Assembly (NCBI RefSeq): GCF_047605705.1
Contig: NZ_JASGFD010000025.1
Location: 1,168-65,167, forward strand
Length of the DNA: 64,000 nt
Source: Silvibacterium sp.
Lineage (GTDB): Bacteria > Acidobacteriota > Terriglobia > Terriglobales > Acidobacteriaceae
Direction: 5' to 3'
Made by a program: the position numbers and the translations under genes. Under the pieces are notes generated by a model. It was given only the letters and a program-made list of their open reading frames with translations, made no database searches and was not told the DNA's origin. Below, piece by piece: positions 18,701-26,125 of the stretch; position 1 is the first letter of the stretch, and every line of letters starts with the position of its first letter.

Positions 18701-19271
18701 GCTCAGGTCCACTCACCGCGGCATAGCCGGCGAGGGGAATCCGCAGCTCCATCGTGCGATCGGTGGTGTACGCCTCGGCCAGCAGCCGCTCGGGGGACTT
18801 CAGACTCTGATTGCCCAGGAAGAGAAAGAGCAGCGCGCCTGCGGCAATCGCGCCGGCCACACCGAGCACCGAGCTCCACAGCAGTATGCGTCCGCCCTGC
18901 CGGGTATGGCTCTCGTGCATCTGCTGCGCCACGGCCGCCTGCCACTCTGGCTCGATGCAGCGGAGTTCCTCGAGCGCACCGCGCTCGCCCTGCACCTCGC
19001 CGTCACTCAGGACATCGGACCAGAAGAGCAGTCTTGCTCCGCAGCCTCGACACTCCGAAGCATGGAGCAGCAGCACGGCCGACGACGGCTTATCGAGACG
19101 CCCGGCAATGTATTTTTCCCAGGTGGACTCGTCCGGGCAATCCGGGCCGAAGCTGTCCCGGCCGATCGCACTCCATTGCGGAGGCTCGCCGCCCGGCAGC
19201 TCATCCAGCAGCCGCGAGAGGCGTTCTGCTGTCTTGTCATCACTGGGGCCCGGAGAAGGTTTCATATCCAC
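15714..19271 (-). CDS. anti-sigma factor (zf-HC2 type) fused to a TM helix, TPR repeats and a C-terminal CHAT caspase-like protease domain
   Basis: Hx3Cx2C (LLLHASECRGCGARL, 19041-19064). One TM helix ILLWSSVLGVAGAIAAGALLFLFLG (about 18813-18889). TPR-like repeats (..YDSAIDTLRRL..LAPNDPVVLYNEGLLLEQVYQYLAAVDAWKKYLAV..). CHAT motifs VMVHFAGHAAV (His codon 16143-16145), LFVLSACATG (Cys codon 16011-16013) and HPYFWASYSVFG. An alternative ATG at 19265 gives an ATGA overlap with the sigma stop. Confidence 0.8.
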   Translation of the reverse strand: MDMKPSPGPSDDKTAERLSRLLDELPGGEPPQWSAIGRDSFGPDCPDESTWEKYIAGRLDKPSSAVLLLHASECRGCGARLLFWSDVLSDGEVQGERGALEELRCIEPEWQAAVAQQMHESHTRQGGRILLWSSVLGVAGAIAAGALLFLFLGNQSLKSPERLLAEAYTTDRTMELRIPLAGYAAVSGPERTRGAGEAGHEAVPLLEARAAITQALMKSPEDPKWLLLEARADLLNENYDSAIDTLRRLEVQSSDDVAVLTDLATAYQERAVATDTSTDRAAALDAIEHAAKLAPNDPVVLYNEGLLLEQVYQYLAAVDAWKKYLAVERDPEWHADGQRHLDAVTARLARENAKQSELAPYMATPEGMLHLARSPDLLAAHDEELSTTHLPHLLQAAFPISPPTSESTENCDAGCSAARSLLSAIAASLESRHHDRWLIDLLAASNKPGFPAAAGLLGTAMTDGTHTLFSEALHGASEAQRSFTTLGDQAGALRAGLEVVFDDEHLLDDRNCLKEAATLTGVSTGRPYPWMAAQFWADESSCHLQQNDFATVNASLTRSLHISDEAGYGIVHLRALGFLASNEESQGNRAQAWKMSLEGLRTYWNGDYPAIRKLQFYGNMVYAEGASDRVYGAALLHREATRMLVPMDLPEVLAANQLLLAKAEVRDGELAASKEDWRRGVAFFSSGQDHDKVVRSNVNMSSMMADAYLASGDMLDAEQVVASAGKGADLAGNRDVELRYALVQGKLDLVEHHEQDAARNLSRALALAEEGAKAATSRQEREDWVERVRPVYASMVQLELHEGRPAMEALAAWERYRLLSVAPDMRPWCGQDPGIACLVPALENIRKRLGAGIVLGAIRLDRSLLLWKMDSDGVRFQEVELDSARFDLLCHAFADTVASPTSAESGIHELGASLATHLFGPFVDDLAKAHEVVFDLDDSMDYLPVNALPWRGSYLGLEMPVEEVRALLAGSGVSRATEGEKSLVIGASMPARENLARLPEARTEAVAVAATLPGATVLTGRGATPEAMEQALSGSVMVHFAGHAAVKDSATKLMLAAERHDTAGELDVRNIPPHALAACRLFVLSACATGSREDRDVGGAADIEQTLSADGVKQTVAAHWAVDSAASVPLMKAFYGELAAGKSVSTALMESERELSAQSGYHHPYFWASYSVFGMSRENLKELFR

Positions 19272-19948
19272 TCACCTTTGTGTACCGCAGGGCGGGAGGA
19301 AAACCCTTCACCGGAATTGAAATTGGCCGCCCGGGAGGCGGCGTCGGTGCGAAGATTCAGCCGGAGAAATGCCAGCATCCGGTGCAGCGCGCTCTCCACG
19401 CCCTTCACCGACAACGAGATGCCGGGCTGCGCCGCGATCGCATTCGCCGTCATGCCCTGCTGGTAATACAGCCAGAAGATGGTGCGGTGCATACGGCCCG
19501 TCACCCCGCCGCTGTAGGAGTCGAGGAGCTGATCGATCTCCCCCAGCAGGATGCTGCGCTCCATCCACTCAGCCTCGGAGAAGACCGGCGCATGAAATTC
19601 GGTGAGATCTTCCTCGACCTGGCCGTCGCCGCGCTTCTGCGTGTTCTTGCGGCGGAAGTGATCGTTGGCTACGGCGGCGCTGATGACGCGCGCATATGAA
19701 AGAAATGAGTCGGGATAACGGGGCTCGAAATCGCGCAGCAGGCGGCGGTCATCCTCACAAAACTTGAGAAAAACATCCTGCACGATGTCATCGACGGTAG
19801 CCGCGGAGCTTTCGCCCCATTGCCGGGCGACACGGAGAACCGAACGCGCAATCGGCCGAGCGAAGCGGCGAACAAACTCCTGCCACTCCTCAGCCTTGGC
19901 GCCAGCTGCACAACGCAGCGCCAGGTCGTTCGCAGTCATGGTATCCAT
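19262..19948 (-). CDS. RNA polymerase ECF-type sigma-70 family factor
   Basis: Region 2 (VDDIVQDVFLKFCED..SFLSYARVISAAVANDHFRRK) and region 4 HTH (RTIFWLYYQQGMTANAIAAQPGISLSVKGVESALHRMLAFLR). Confidence 0.85.
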   Translation of the reverse strand: MDTMTANDLALRCAAGAKAEEWQEFVRRFARPIARSVLRVARQWGESSAATVDDIVQDVFLKFCEDDRRLLRDFEPRYPDSFLSYARVISAAVANDHFRRKNTQKRGDGQVEEDLTEFHAPVFSEAEWMERSILLGEIDQLLDSYSGGVTGRMHRTIFWLYYQQGMTANAIAAQPGISLSVKGVESALHRMLAFLRLNLRTDAASRAANFNSGEGFSSRPAVHKGEWI

Positions 19949-20082
19949 ACCGGGCTTTTGCGTTCAGATTACCTCAAACCGATGTCATTCGGCAGTATCT
20001 GAAGCTACCTTTCCCGCGTAAATTCACGGAATAAAAGCGCTACCACGGAAAGGATGGGATAAATGCCGGGATATTTGCCCTG

Positions 20083-20910
20083 TCACTCCTGAGTTACTTC
20101 ATCGCTAACCACGAAGAAATGTTTCAAATTAGCGACGCCAAAGGATGTCGTGATCGCCACATCGGCGGCATCGCGCCCCACGGCCATCAGCACCCTGCCT
20201 ACGCGAGGCTGATTGTGGCGGGCGTCAAAAGTCCACCATCGGCCCTCCCCCCTGCCGTCTGCCAGATACACCTGGAACCAGGCGCTGAAGTCCATCGGGC
20301 TCGGAGCGGGCGGCACGCGGATATCGCCCAGATAGCCGGTGGCATACCGAGCCGGGATATTGAGCGCCCGCAGAAAGGTGATAGCCAGATGCTGAAAATC
20401 GCGGCAGACACCCTGGCGTTCGGTAAAGACGTCGAGGGCCGTCTTGGTGGGGCGGGCAAAGTGATAGCCGAAGGCCACCTTCTGGTGCACCCAGTCGCAG
20501 ACCGCCTGCACCCGTCCCCAGCCCGGATCGACGCCGCCGAAGAGGTCCACCGCTTCCGCCGACATCCGGTCGACCTCGCAGTAGCGGCTGCTGAGCAGGT
20601 AGCGCATCACGTCACTGGGCAGCTCGGCGACCGGAATCTCTTCGGCATCGAGACAGACCGGGTCGGGGTCGCCCGAATCCTCGACGAGGGTGCGGTTGGA
20701 GAGGCGCACGATCCCTTCCGGAGCCTCGAAGCGGGTGCAGATATTGCCGAAGCTGTCGAGGTAGCTGTCCATCTGCAGTGCGGGGTCGATGCGCAGCTCA
20801 TCCGGCTCGCGAAGATCGCCCGCGCGCGAAGGGTGCACGTGCAGCATGGCGACAAAGGCCGTGGCACGGGGAAGTTCGAAATCGATGTCATAGCCCAGGC
20901 GTAAGAGCAT
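20083..20910 (-). CDS. transglutaminase-like family protein (Bact_transglu_N + transglutaminase core)
   Basis: MLLRLGYDIDFELP.. N-terminal domain. Core GVCRDFQHLAITFLRALNIPARYATGYL (Cys codon 20404-20406) and ..DFSAWFQVYL..WWTFDARHN. Confidence 0.8.
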   Translation of the reverse strand: MLLRLGYDIDFELPRATAFVAMLHVHPSRAGDLREPDELRIDPALQMDSYLDSFGNICTRFEAPEGIVRLSNRTLVEDSGDPDPVCLDAEEIPVAELPSDVMRYLLSSRYCEVDRMSAEAVDLFGGVDPGWGRVQAVCDWVHQKVAFGYHFARPTKTALDVFTERQGVCRDFQHLAITFLRALNIPARYATGYLGDIRVPPAPSPMDFSAWFQVYLADGRGEGRWWTFDARHNQPRVGRVLMAVGRDAADVAITTSFGVANLKHFFVVSDEVTQE

Positions 20911-21149
20911 CCGTGGTTGCGACCCCTAGAAAGGAAATGAACAGCGGCCGCACGAAGACACAACCCGGCCCGCGCCCGTCGGGAATGGGGACCAGCCGCT
21001 GCCATGCGGGAGGGGCGCATCGGTAGGATGCGGTTTGCCCTCTTCGCAGCGTGGAATCACCTGCCCGTCATCTTCACCCGCCGATAGATCGTTTAAAGTG
21101 GCAGTAGCAGCCGCTGTGCGGCACACCACCACCCCACAAGAGGATTGCA

Positions 21150-21887
21150 GTGACGTATTGCCTCGGGATATTGACCCACCAGGGCCTGGTGATGGCCTCC
21201 GATTCCCGCTCCAACGCCGGTTTCGACCAGGTGAATGTCTGCCGTAAGATGCACACCTTTGTGCACCCGGGCGAGCGCTCCTTCGTCATCCTGACCAGCG
21301 GTAGCCTGTCGCTCACCCAGTCGGTCATCTCCCTGTTGCGCGACGAGTTCGAGGCCGGCGAGGGCCTGGCCAGCGTGGACTCCTTCTACGCCGCGGCGCG
21401 CGTGGTCGGCGACTGCGTACGCAAGGTCTCGGAGCTGGACCGGGCCGCACTCGAGCGCGATGGGTTCAGCTTCAACATCAACCTGCTGCTGGGCGGACAG
21501 GTGAAAGGCGAGCGCCCGGCGCTCACCATGATTTATCCCCAGGGCAATCCGCTGAGCGCCACCTATGACTCACCGTATCTGCAGATCGGCGAGGTGAAGT
21601 ACGGCCGCCCGATCCTCGACCGCGGCATTGTCTCCGGCGCCACCACGCTCGAGGATGCAGCGATGTACGCGCTGCTCTCCTTCGACGCGACCATGCGCTC
21701 GAACGTGACGGTGGGGCCGCCGATCGAGGTGCTGCTCTATGAGAACGACAAGCTGGAGTTCGACCGCTACCGCCGCTTCTCCGCCGATGATCCGGAGCTG
21801 ATGCTCATCCATCGCCACTGGGAGCAGGCGCTGCGCCGCGCTGTCGAAGAGCTGCCCAAGGTGCAGTTCAATTCCTGCCTGCCATAA
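21150..21887 (+). CDS. proteasome-type protease, Anbu (ancestral beta subunit) family
   Basis: GTG start, then TYCLGILTHQGLVMASDSRSNAGFDQVNVCRKMHTF. N-terminal Thr (21153-21155) and the Ntn-hydrolase beta-subunit pattern characteristic of Anbu. AGAGGA RBS at 21139-21144. Confidence 0.8.
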   Translation: MTYCLGILTHQGLVMASDSRSNAGFDQVNVCRKMHTFVHPGERSFVILTSGSLSLTQSVISLLRDEFEAGEGLASVDSFYAAARVVGDCVRKVSELDRAALERDGFSFNINLLLGGQVKGERPALTMIYPQGNPLSATYDSPYLQIGEVKYGRPILDRGIVSGATTLEDAAMYALLSFDATMRSNVTVGPPIEVLLYENDKLEFDRYRRFSADDPELMLIHRHWEQALRRAVEELPKVQFNSCLP

Positions 21888-21920
21888 GAGCATGCCTGCG
21901 CTGAGAGGAAAGATGCGCCC

Positions 21921-23309
21921 GTGATCGCCTTCCTGGTGGCCGGAACCGGCAGCGGTGTCGGCAAGACGACCATCGCGCTGGCGCTGATGGCGGCCTTCCG
22001 CGAGCTTGGCCACACCGTGCAGCCCTTCAAGTGCGGGCCGGACTTCCTCGATACCGGGCACCACACTGCAATCTGCGGCCGCATCTCCCGCAATCTCGAC
22101 ACCTGGATGCTGCCCCTCGAAGCCAATCGCGAGATCTTCGCACAGGCCAGCCGCGGCGCGGACGTTGCCATCGTCGAAGGCATGATGGGACTCTTCGACG
22201 GCAAATCCGGCGAAGGCGAGCGAGGCAGCGCGGCGGAGATTGCGAAACTGCTCGATCTGCCGGTAGTGCTGGTGCTCGACGCGGCGAAGAGCGCGCGCAG
22301 CATCGCCGCCGTCGTCAAAGGCTTCGAGAGCTTCGACCCGGAACTGCGCTTCGCGGGCATCGTGCTCAATGGCGTTTCGAGCGACGGGCATTCCCGCATG
22401 CTCGAATCCGCCATCACGGCCGTCACCGCGATTCCGCTGCTCGGCCGCTTCCCTGCCAATCCTGCATTGACGATTCCCGAGCGGCACCTGGGCCTACGCA
22501 CAGTAGAGGAGGAACACCCGAGCACAGATCGCAATGCGCGCTTCGCAGAGGCTGCGCGGCAATATCTCGACCTCGCCCCACTGCTCCAGCGATCGCATGG
22601 GTCGCCTACGCTCGCAGCAAGCACTCCTGTGGCGACCGAAGTGAAGGTGCGTATCGGCGTGGCGCGAGACAAGGCATTCTCCTTCTATTACGAGGACAAC
22701 TTCGACTTGCTGCGTGCGTGCGGCGCGGAGATCGTGCCCTTCAGCCCGCTCTCCGACCATGCTCTGCCACGCGATCTCGACGCTCTTTATTTCGGCGGGG
22801 GATATCCCGAGCTGCATGCGGAGCAACTGGGCGCGAACCACGCGATGATCGCGGCCATTCGCAGCTTCGCCGAATCGGGCCGTGCGATCTACGCCGAATG
22901 CGGAGGCATGATCTACCTTGGGCAATCGATTACGACACTCGATAGCCAGGCGCTGCCGATGGCAGGCGTGCTGCCGCTCTCCTTTGAGATGACCCAGAGG
23001 CTGGTGCAGTTCGGCTATGTCGATATCGAGTTCACAGAGGATTGCCTGCTCGGGCCGCGCGGGCTGACCGTGCGCGGGCACAGTTTCCACTACTCGCGCC
23101 TGACGCAGAACGACGCCCTGCCCACGTCCTACCGCGTGCAATATTCGTTATCGGGAAAGACCGAGCCGGAAGGATTCCTCTACAAAAACGTGCTGGCCAG
23201 TTACATCCACCTGCATTTTCGCGGTAATGCTGTGCTGGCCCAATCGTTCGTGCGCTCTGTTGCGAATTTGTCGCCGCGAAATCGAGATGCAGAAGATCTG
23301 GCGTTATAA
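21921..23309 (+). CDS. cobB: cobyrinate a,c-diamide synthase family (CobB/CbiA) ATP-dependent glutamine amidotransferase
   Basis: P-loop AGTGSGVGKTT, PFKCGPDFLDTGHH, and a C-terminal GATase with AIYAECGGMIYLGQ. Confidence 0.85.
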   Translation: MIAFLVAGTGSGVGKTTIALALMAAFRELGHTVQPFKCGPDFLDTGHHTAICGRISRNLDTWMLPLEANREIFAQASRGADVAIVEGMMGLFDGKSGEGERGSAAEIAKLLDLPVVLVLDAAKSARSIAAVVKGFESFDPELRFAGIVLNGVSSDGHSRMLESAITAVTAIPLLGRFPANPALTIPERHLGLRTVEEEHPSTDRNARFAEAARQYLDLAPLLQRSHGSPTLAASTPVATEVKVRIGVARDKAFSFYYEDNFDLLRACGAEIVPFSPLSDHALPRDLDALYFGGGYPELHAEQLGANHAMIAAIRSFAESGRAIYAECGGMIYLGQSITTLDSQALPMAGVLPLSFEMTQRLVQFGYVDIEFTEDCLLGPRGLTVRGHSFHYSRLTQNDALPTSYRVQYSLSGKTEPEGFLYKNVLASYIHLHFRGNAVLAQSFVRSVANLSPRNRDAEDLAL

Positions 23310-23313
23310 GATC

Positions 23314-23350
23314 GTGCCCTCCCACCCAAGCGAAGCTTGGATGGGGCCCC
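23314..23350. repeat. R1-variant palindromic element
   Basis: gtgccctcccacccaagc-gaa-gcttggatggggcccc, in the spacer between convergent cobB and the VWFA gene. Confidence 0.6.
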
Positions 23351-23383
23351 CTGATCCTCGCTTACAGAACAGCTCTGTCGTTC

Positions 23384-24472
23384 CTACTCCGCTCCCAGAG
23401 CGTAATAGCCTTTGCGCGCCTGCACCTTCAGCCCATCGCCTTTGCAGCTGATATCGAGCTTGCGATAGCTGCCGTCGAGCTTCAGATTTGTCGGCGTGTA
23501 GCTGAGCAGGTACTGTGTGCGCAGCTCCTCTTCGATCTGCGCGAAGGCGTCTTCGAGCTTCTTGCCGTTGTTGCCGACATTGATCACGCGGCCGCCTGTC
23601 TCCGAGGCGAGCTTCTGCATCTGCGAATCGCCGGTGTAGCCAAGGCCGAAGCCTCCGCCTGCGTAGAAGGGACGGTCGGCGATCATGATGACATAAATGA
23701 TGGCGTTGGCCTTCTGCGCGGCTTCGACGGCCTCGTTGGGCTTGGTCACCGAGCCCTCGTCCTCGCCGTCCGTCAGCAGGATCAGCGCCTTGCGGCCCGT
23801 CTCCGAGCGGATCTTGTCATTCGAAACCTGCGCCACGGCGTCATAAAGAACGGTTCCCTTCGGCGCGCCATGCGTGGGGACCGGTCCCTGGCCGATGCCG
23901 GGCACGCCCATGGAACCGCCGCCGGCTGCGGTGTTGATCTCGGTGTGATCGATGGCCCGCTCCAGCTGGCTGGTGTTGCTGGTGAAATCCTGCTCGAGGT
24001 TCACCCCCACGTCGAAGCTGACGACGAAGGCTTCATCCTTCTTGCGGATGACATCCTTAATGAAGGAGTCGGCCGACTGCTGTTCGAGCGGCAGCACGCG
24101 CTGCTGGCTGCCGGAGGTGTCGATGAGCAGGCCCAGCGTGAGCGGCAGATCGGTTTCAGCAGCAAAGTTCTTGATGTTCTGCGGCTGCTTGTCCTCGAAG
24201 ACCGTGCAATCGCTCTTGGCCAGCGTCGGGATGAGGCCGTTGTGCTTGTCGCGCACGGTGAAATAGAGGCTCACCAGGTTGACGTTGACCTTGAGCGTCG
24301 TCTCCGGCTTGTTCTCATCCGGCTGGTCGGGAAAATTGCTGTCCGCGGGGGGCGCATCTGCCGAGGGCGTCGTCTGGGCAAAGGCTGCGGAGGACGGCAC
24401 GAGAACAAGACCGGCGGCAACACCGGGCAACAGGGCCAGCGCCAGCAGCAGGGAGCGTCGGGAATTCAGCAT
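23384..24472 (-). CDS. VWA domain protein (acidobacterial VWFA-related family)
   Basis: Signal peptide. N-terminal beta module VNVNLVSLYFTVRDKHNGLIPTLAKSDCTVFEDKQPQNIKNF. Intact MIDAS LLIDTSGSQ. Confidence 0.8.
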   Translation of the reverse strand: MLNSRRSLLLALALLPGVAAGLVLVPSSAAFAQTTPSADAPPADSNFPDQPDENKPETTLKVNVNLVSLYFTVRDKHNGLIPTLAKSDCTVFEDKQPQNIKNFAAETDLPLTLGLLIDTSGSQQRVLPLEQQSADSFIKDVIRKKDEAFVVSFDVGVNLEQDFTSNTSQLERAIDHTEINTAAGGGSMGVPGIGQGPVPTHGAPKGTVLYDAVAQVSNDKIRSETGRKALILLTDGEDEGSVTKPNEAVEAAQKANAIIYVIMIADRPFYAGGGFGLGYTGDSQMQKLASETGGRVINVGNNGKKLEDAFAQIEEELRTQYLLSYTPTNLKLDGSYRKLDISCKGDGLKVQARKGYYALGAE

Positions 24473-24832
24473 GGTTCTACCTTACGCGTCAGAAGTGGGA
24501 GCGGCATCCTCGCCCTGCTCTGGCGGCAGGGCGTCCGGGACAGGAATTACTCCTATAGACGCGTCTGCCGGGCGAAAGTTCTGGAATGGTCCGAAGCGCC
24601 GCCGGATGGGCTATGGGCAGCAAAGAATGGCCCTCCCGCATCTGGTAGTCTGAGGTTTAGACTTTTTCTGCGACGCTGGCGTGAGAACCGGCTCTGGCGC
24701 GTCTAAGTAGTTGCGTGGCTGGGAATTGTGTTTCGGAGATACGGAGCAGATCCCGCCCGGCCGCAGAATTACCCGTGACCCATACCAGATTATTGTCGGA
24801 ACAAGTCACGGCAGGCAGTTGGAGGATTTCTG

Positions 24833-26125
24833 GTGACGCAAGGCGCCTTGGTAGTGGCATTGTCCCTTTTTATGATGGGGGCAGCACAGCAGCAGCAACA
24901 GCAGAGCATTCCGGACGCACCCGCGCCCGCTCCCTCGACCACTGGTCTTTCCGACCTGAAGGATCAGGTCACCCCCGGTTCCGGCACAAGCTCCAGCAGC
25001 CAGACCACCCAGCAGAGCGCGCCTGCAAGCCAGAGCCAGCAGCAAAGCCAGAGCCAGTCCAGTGCGCAGCAGGACAATACGCCCACCCAGCAGACGCCGC
25101 CGCAGACCTTCAATAACCAGCAGGACGCGCAGGCCTTCCTCATCCGCGTTCCGATTAACTACATCGAAGTTCCGGTCCGCGTGTGGGACAAGCATCATCA
25201 GCTCGTTGCCGGCCTGCAGCCGGAGCAGTTCCGCATCTTCGAAGATGGCGCGCCCCAGAATATCGCTACCTGGTCGGTCGACCCCGAACCCCTTTCGGTG
25301 GCCTTCGTCATCGATCAGACACTGCCTTCCGACGTGATGAAGAAGGTGAACGAGAGCCTGGCCGCGGTCACAGGCGCGTTCGCTCCCCAGGACTCGATGG
25401 CCATCGTGACCTATAACAACAGCCCCGAGCTGGTCACGACGTTCACCGGCGTACGCGGCGCCCGCCTGCCTGCGGCGCTCGAGTCGGCCAAGCGTCCGGG
25501 ACGCGACATGGGCATGCCCACCGTGACCGGCCCGATGGCCTCCGGCATGTCGATCAACGGCAATTCGCCCGATCCGAATCTTGCCCCCCAGCGCGGCAAC
25601 ATGTCCGGCTTCCTGGTCGTCCCCAAGGATACGCATCCGCTCAACGATGCCATTCTCTTCGCCGCGCATGAGCTTTCGCGCCAGCCCAGGGGCCGCCGCC
25701 GCGTGATCTACGTCATCAGCGATGGCAAGGACCAGCGCAGCAAGGTCACCCAGAAGGACGTCCTCAAATTCCTGCTGACCAACAACATCTCGGTCTACGG
25801 CACGCTGGTCGGCGACTCGGCGACCTGGGGCATCGGCTACCTCGACAAGCTGCGCCTGCCGCTGCTGCCTGCGGATAACGTGCTGCCCAAGTACACCACC
25901 TTCACCGGCGGCTACCTCGAAACGCAGTTCTCCGAGAACGGCATCCAGAAGAGCTTCATGGATATCGCCACCTCGCTCCGCACCGAGTACACGCTCGGCT
26001 ATTACAGCCACGCGCCGTCTCTGAGCGAGAAGCACCACACCATCGAAGTCAAGGTGAAGGTGCCGGACGTCGACATCTACGCCAAGGAAGGTTATTACCC
26101 CTCTCTGGCGAACGTCAGCCAGTAG
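24833..26125 (+). CDS. VWA domain protein paralog (acidobacterial VWFA-related family), Gln/Ser-rich linker
   Basis: GTG start and signal peptide. YIEVPVRVWDKHHQLVAGLQPEQFRIFEDGAPQNIATW parallels the paralog. The MIDAS position reads FVIDQTLPS (degenerate). Confidence 0.8.
   Translation: MTQGALVVALSLFMMGAAQQQQQQSIPDAPAPAPSTTGLSDLKDQVTPGSGTSSSSQTTQQSAPASQSQQQSQSQSSAQQDNTPTQQTPPQTFNNQQDAQAFLIRVPINYIEVPVRVWDKHHQLVAGLQPEQFRIFEDGAPQNIATWSVDPEPLSVAFVIDQTLPSDVMKKVNESLAAVTGAFAPQDSMAIVTYNNSPELVTTFTGVRGARLPAALESAKRPGRDMGMPTVTGPMASGMSINGNSPDPNLAPQRGNMSGFLVVPKDTHPLNDAILFAAHELSRQPRGRRRVIYVISDGKDQRSKVTQKDVLKFLLTNNISVYGTLVGDSATWGIGYLDKLRLPLLPADNVLPKYTTFTGGYLETQFSENGIQKSFMDIATSLRTEYTLGYYSHAPSLSEKHHTIEVKVKVPDVDIYAKEGYYPSLANVSQ

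Noticed and set aside
19949-20082. ECF-type autoregulated promoter (GGAAC-N16-CGT) upstream of the sigma gene.
   Set aside because: Only weak partial matches are present (gggaaagg..gccgaat; tgaac too close to the ATG). No convincing -35/-10 pair was found, so it is not reported as a feature.
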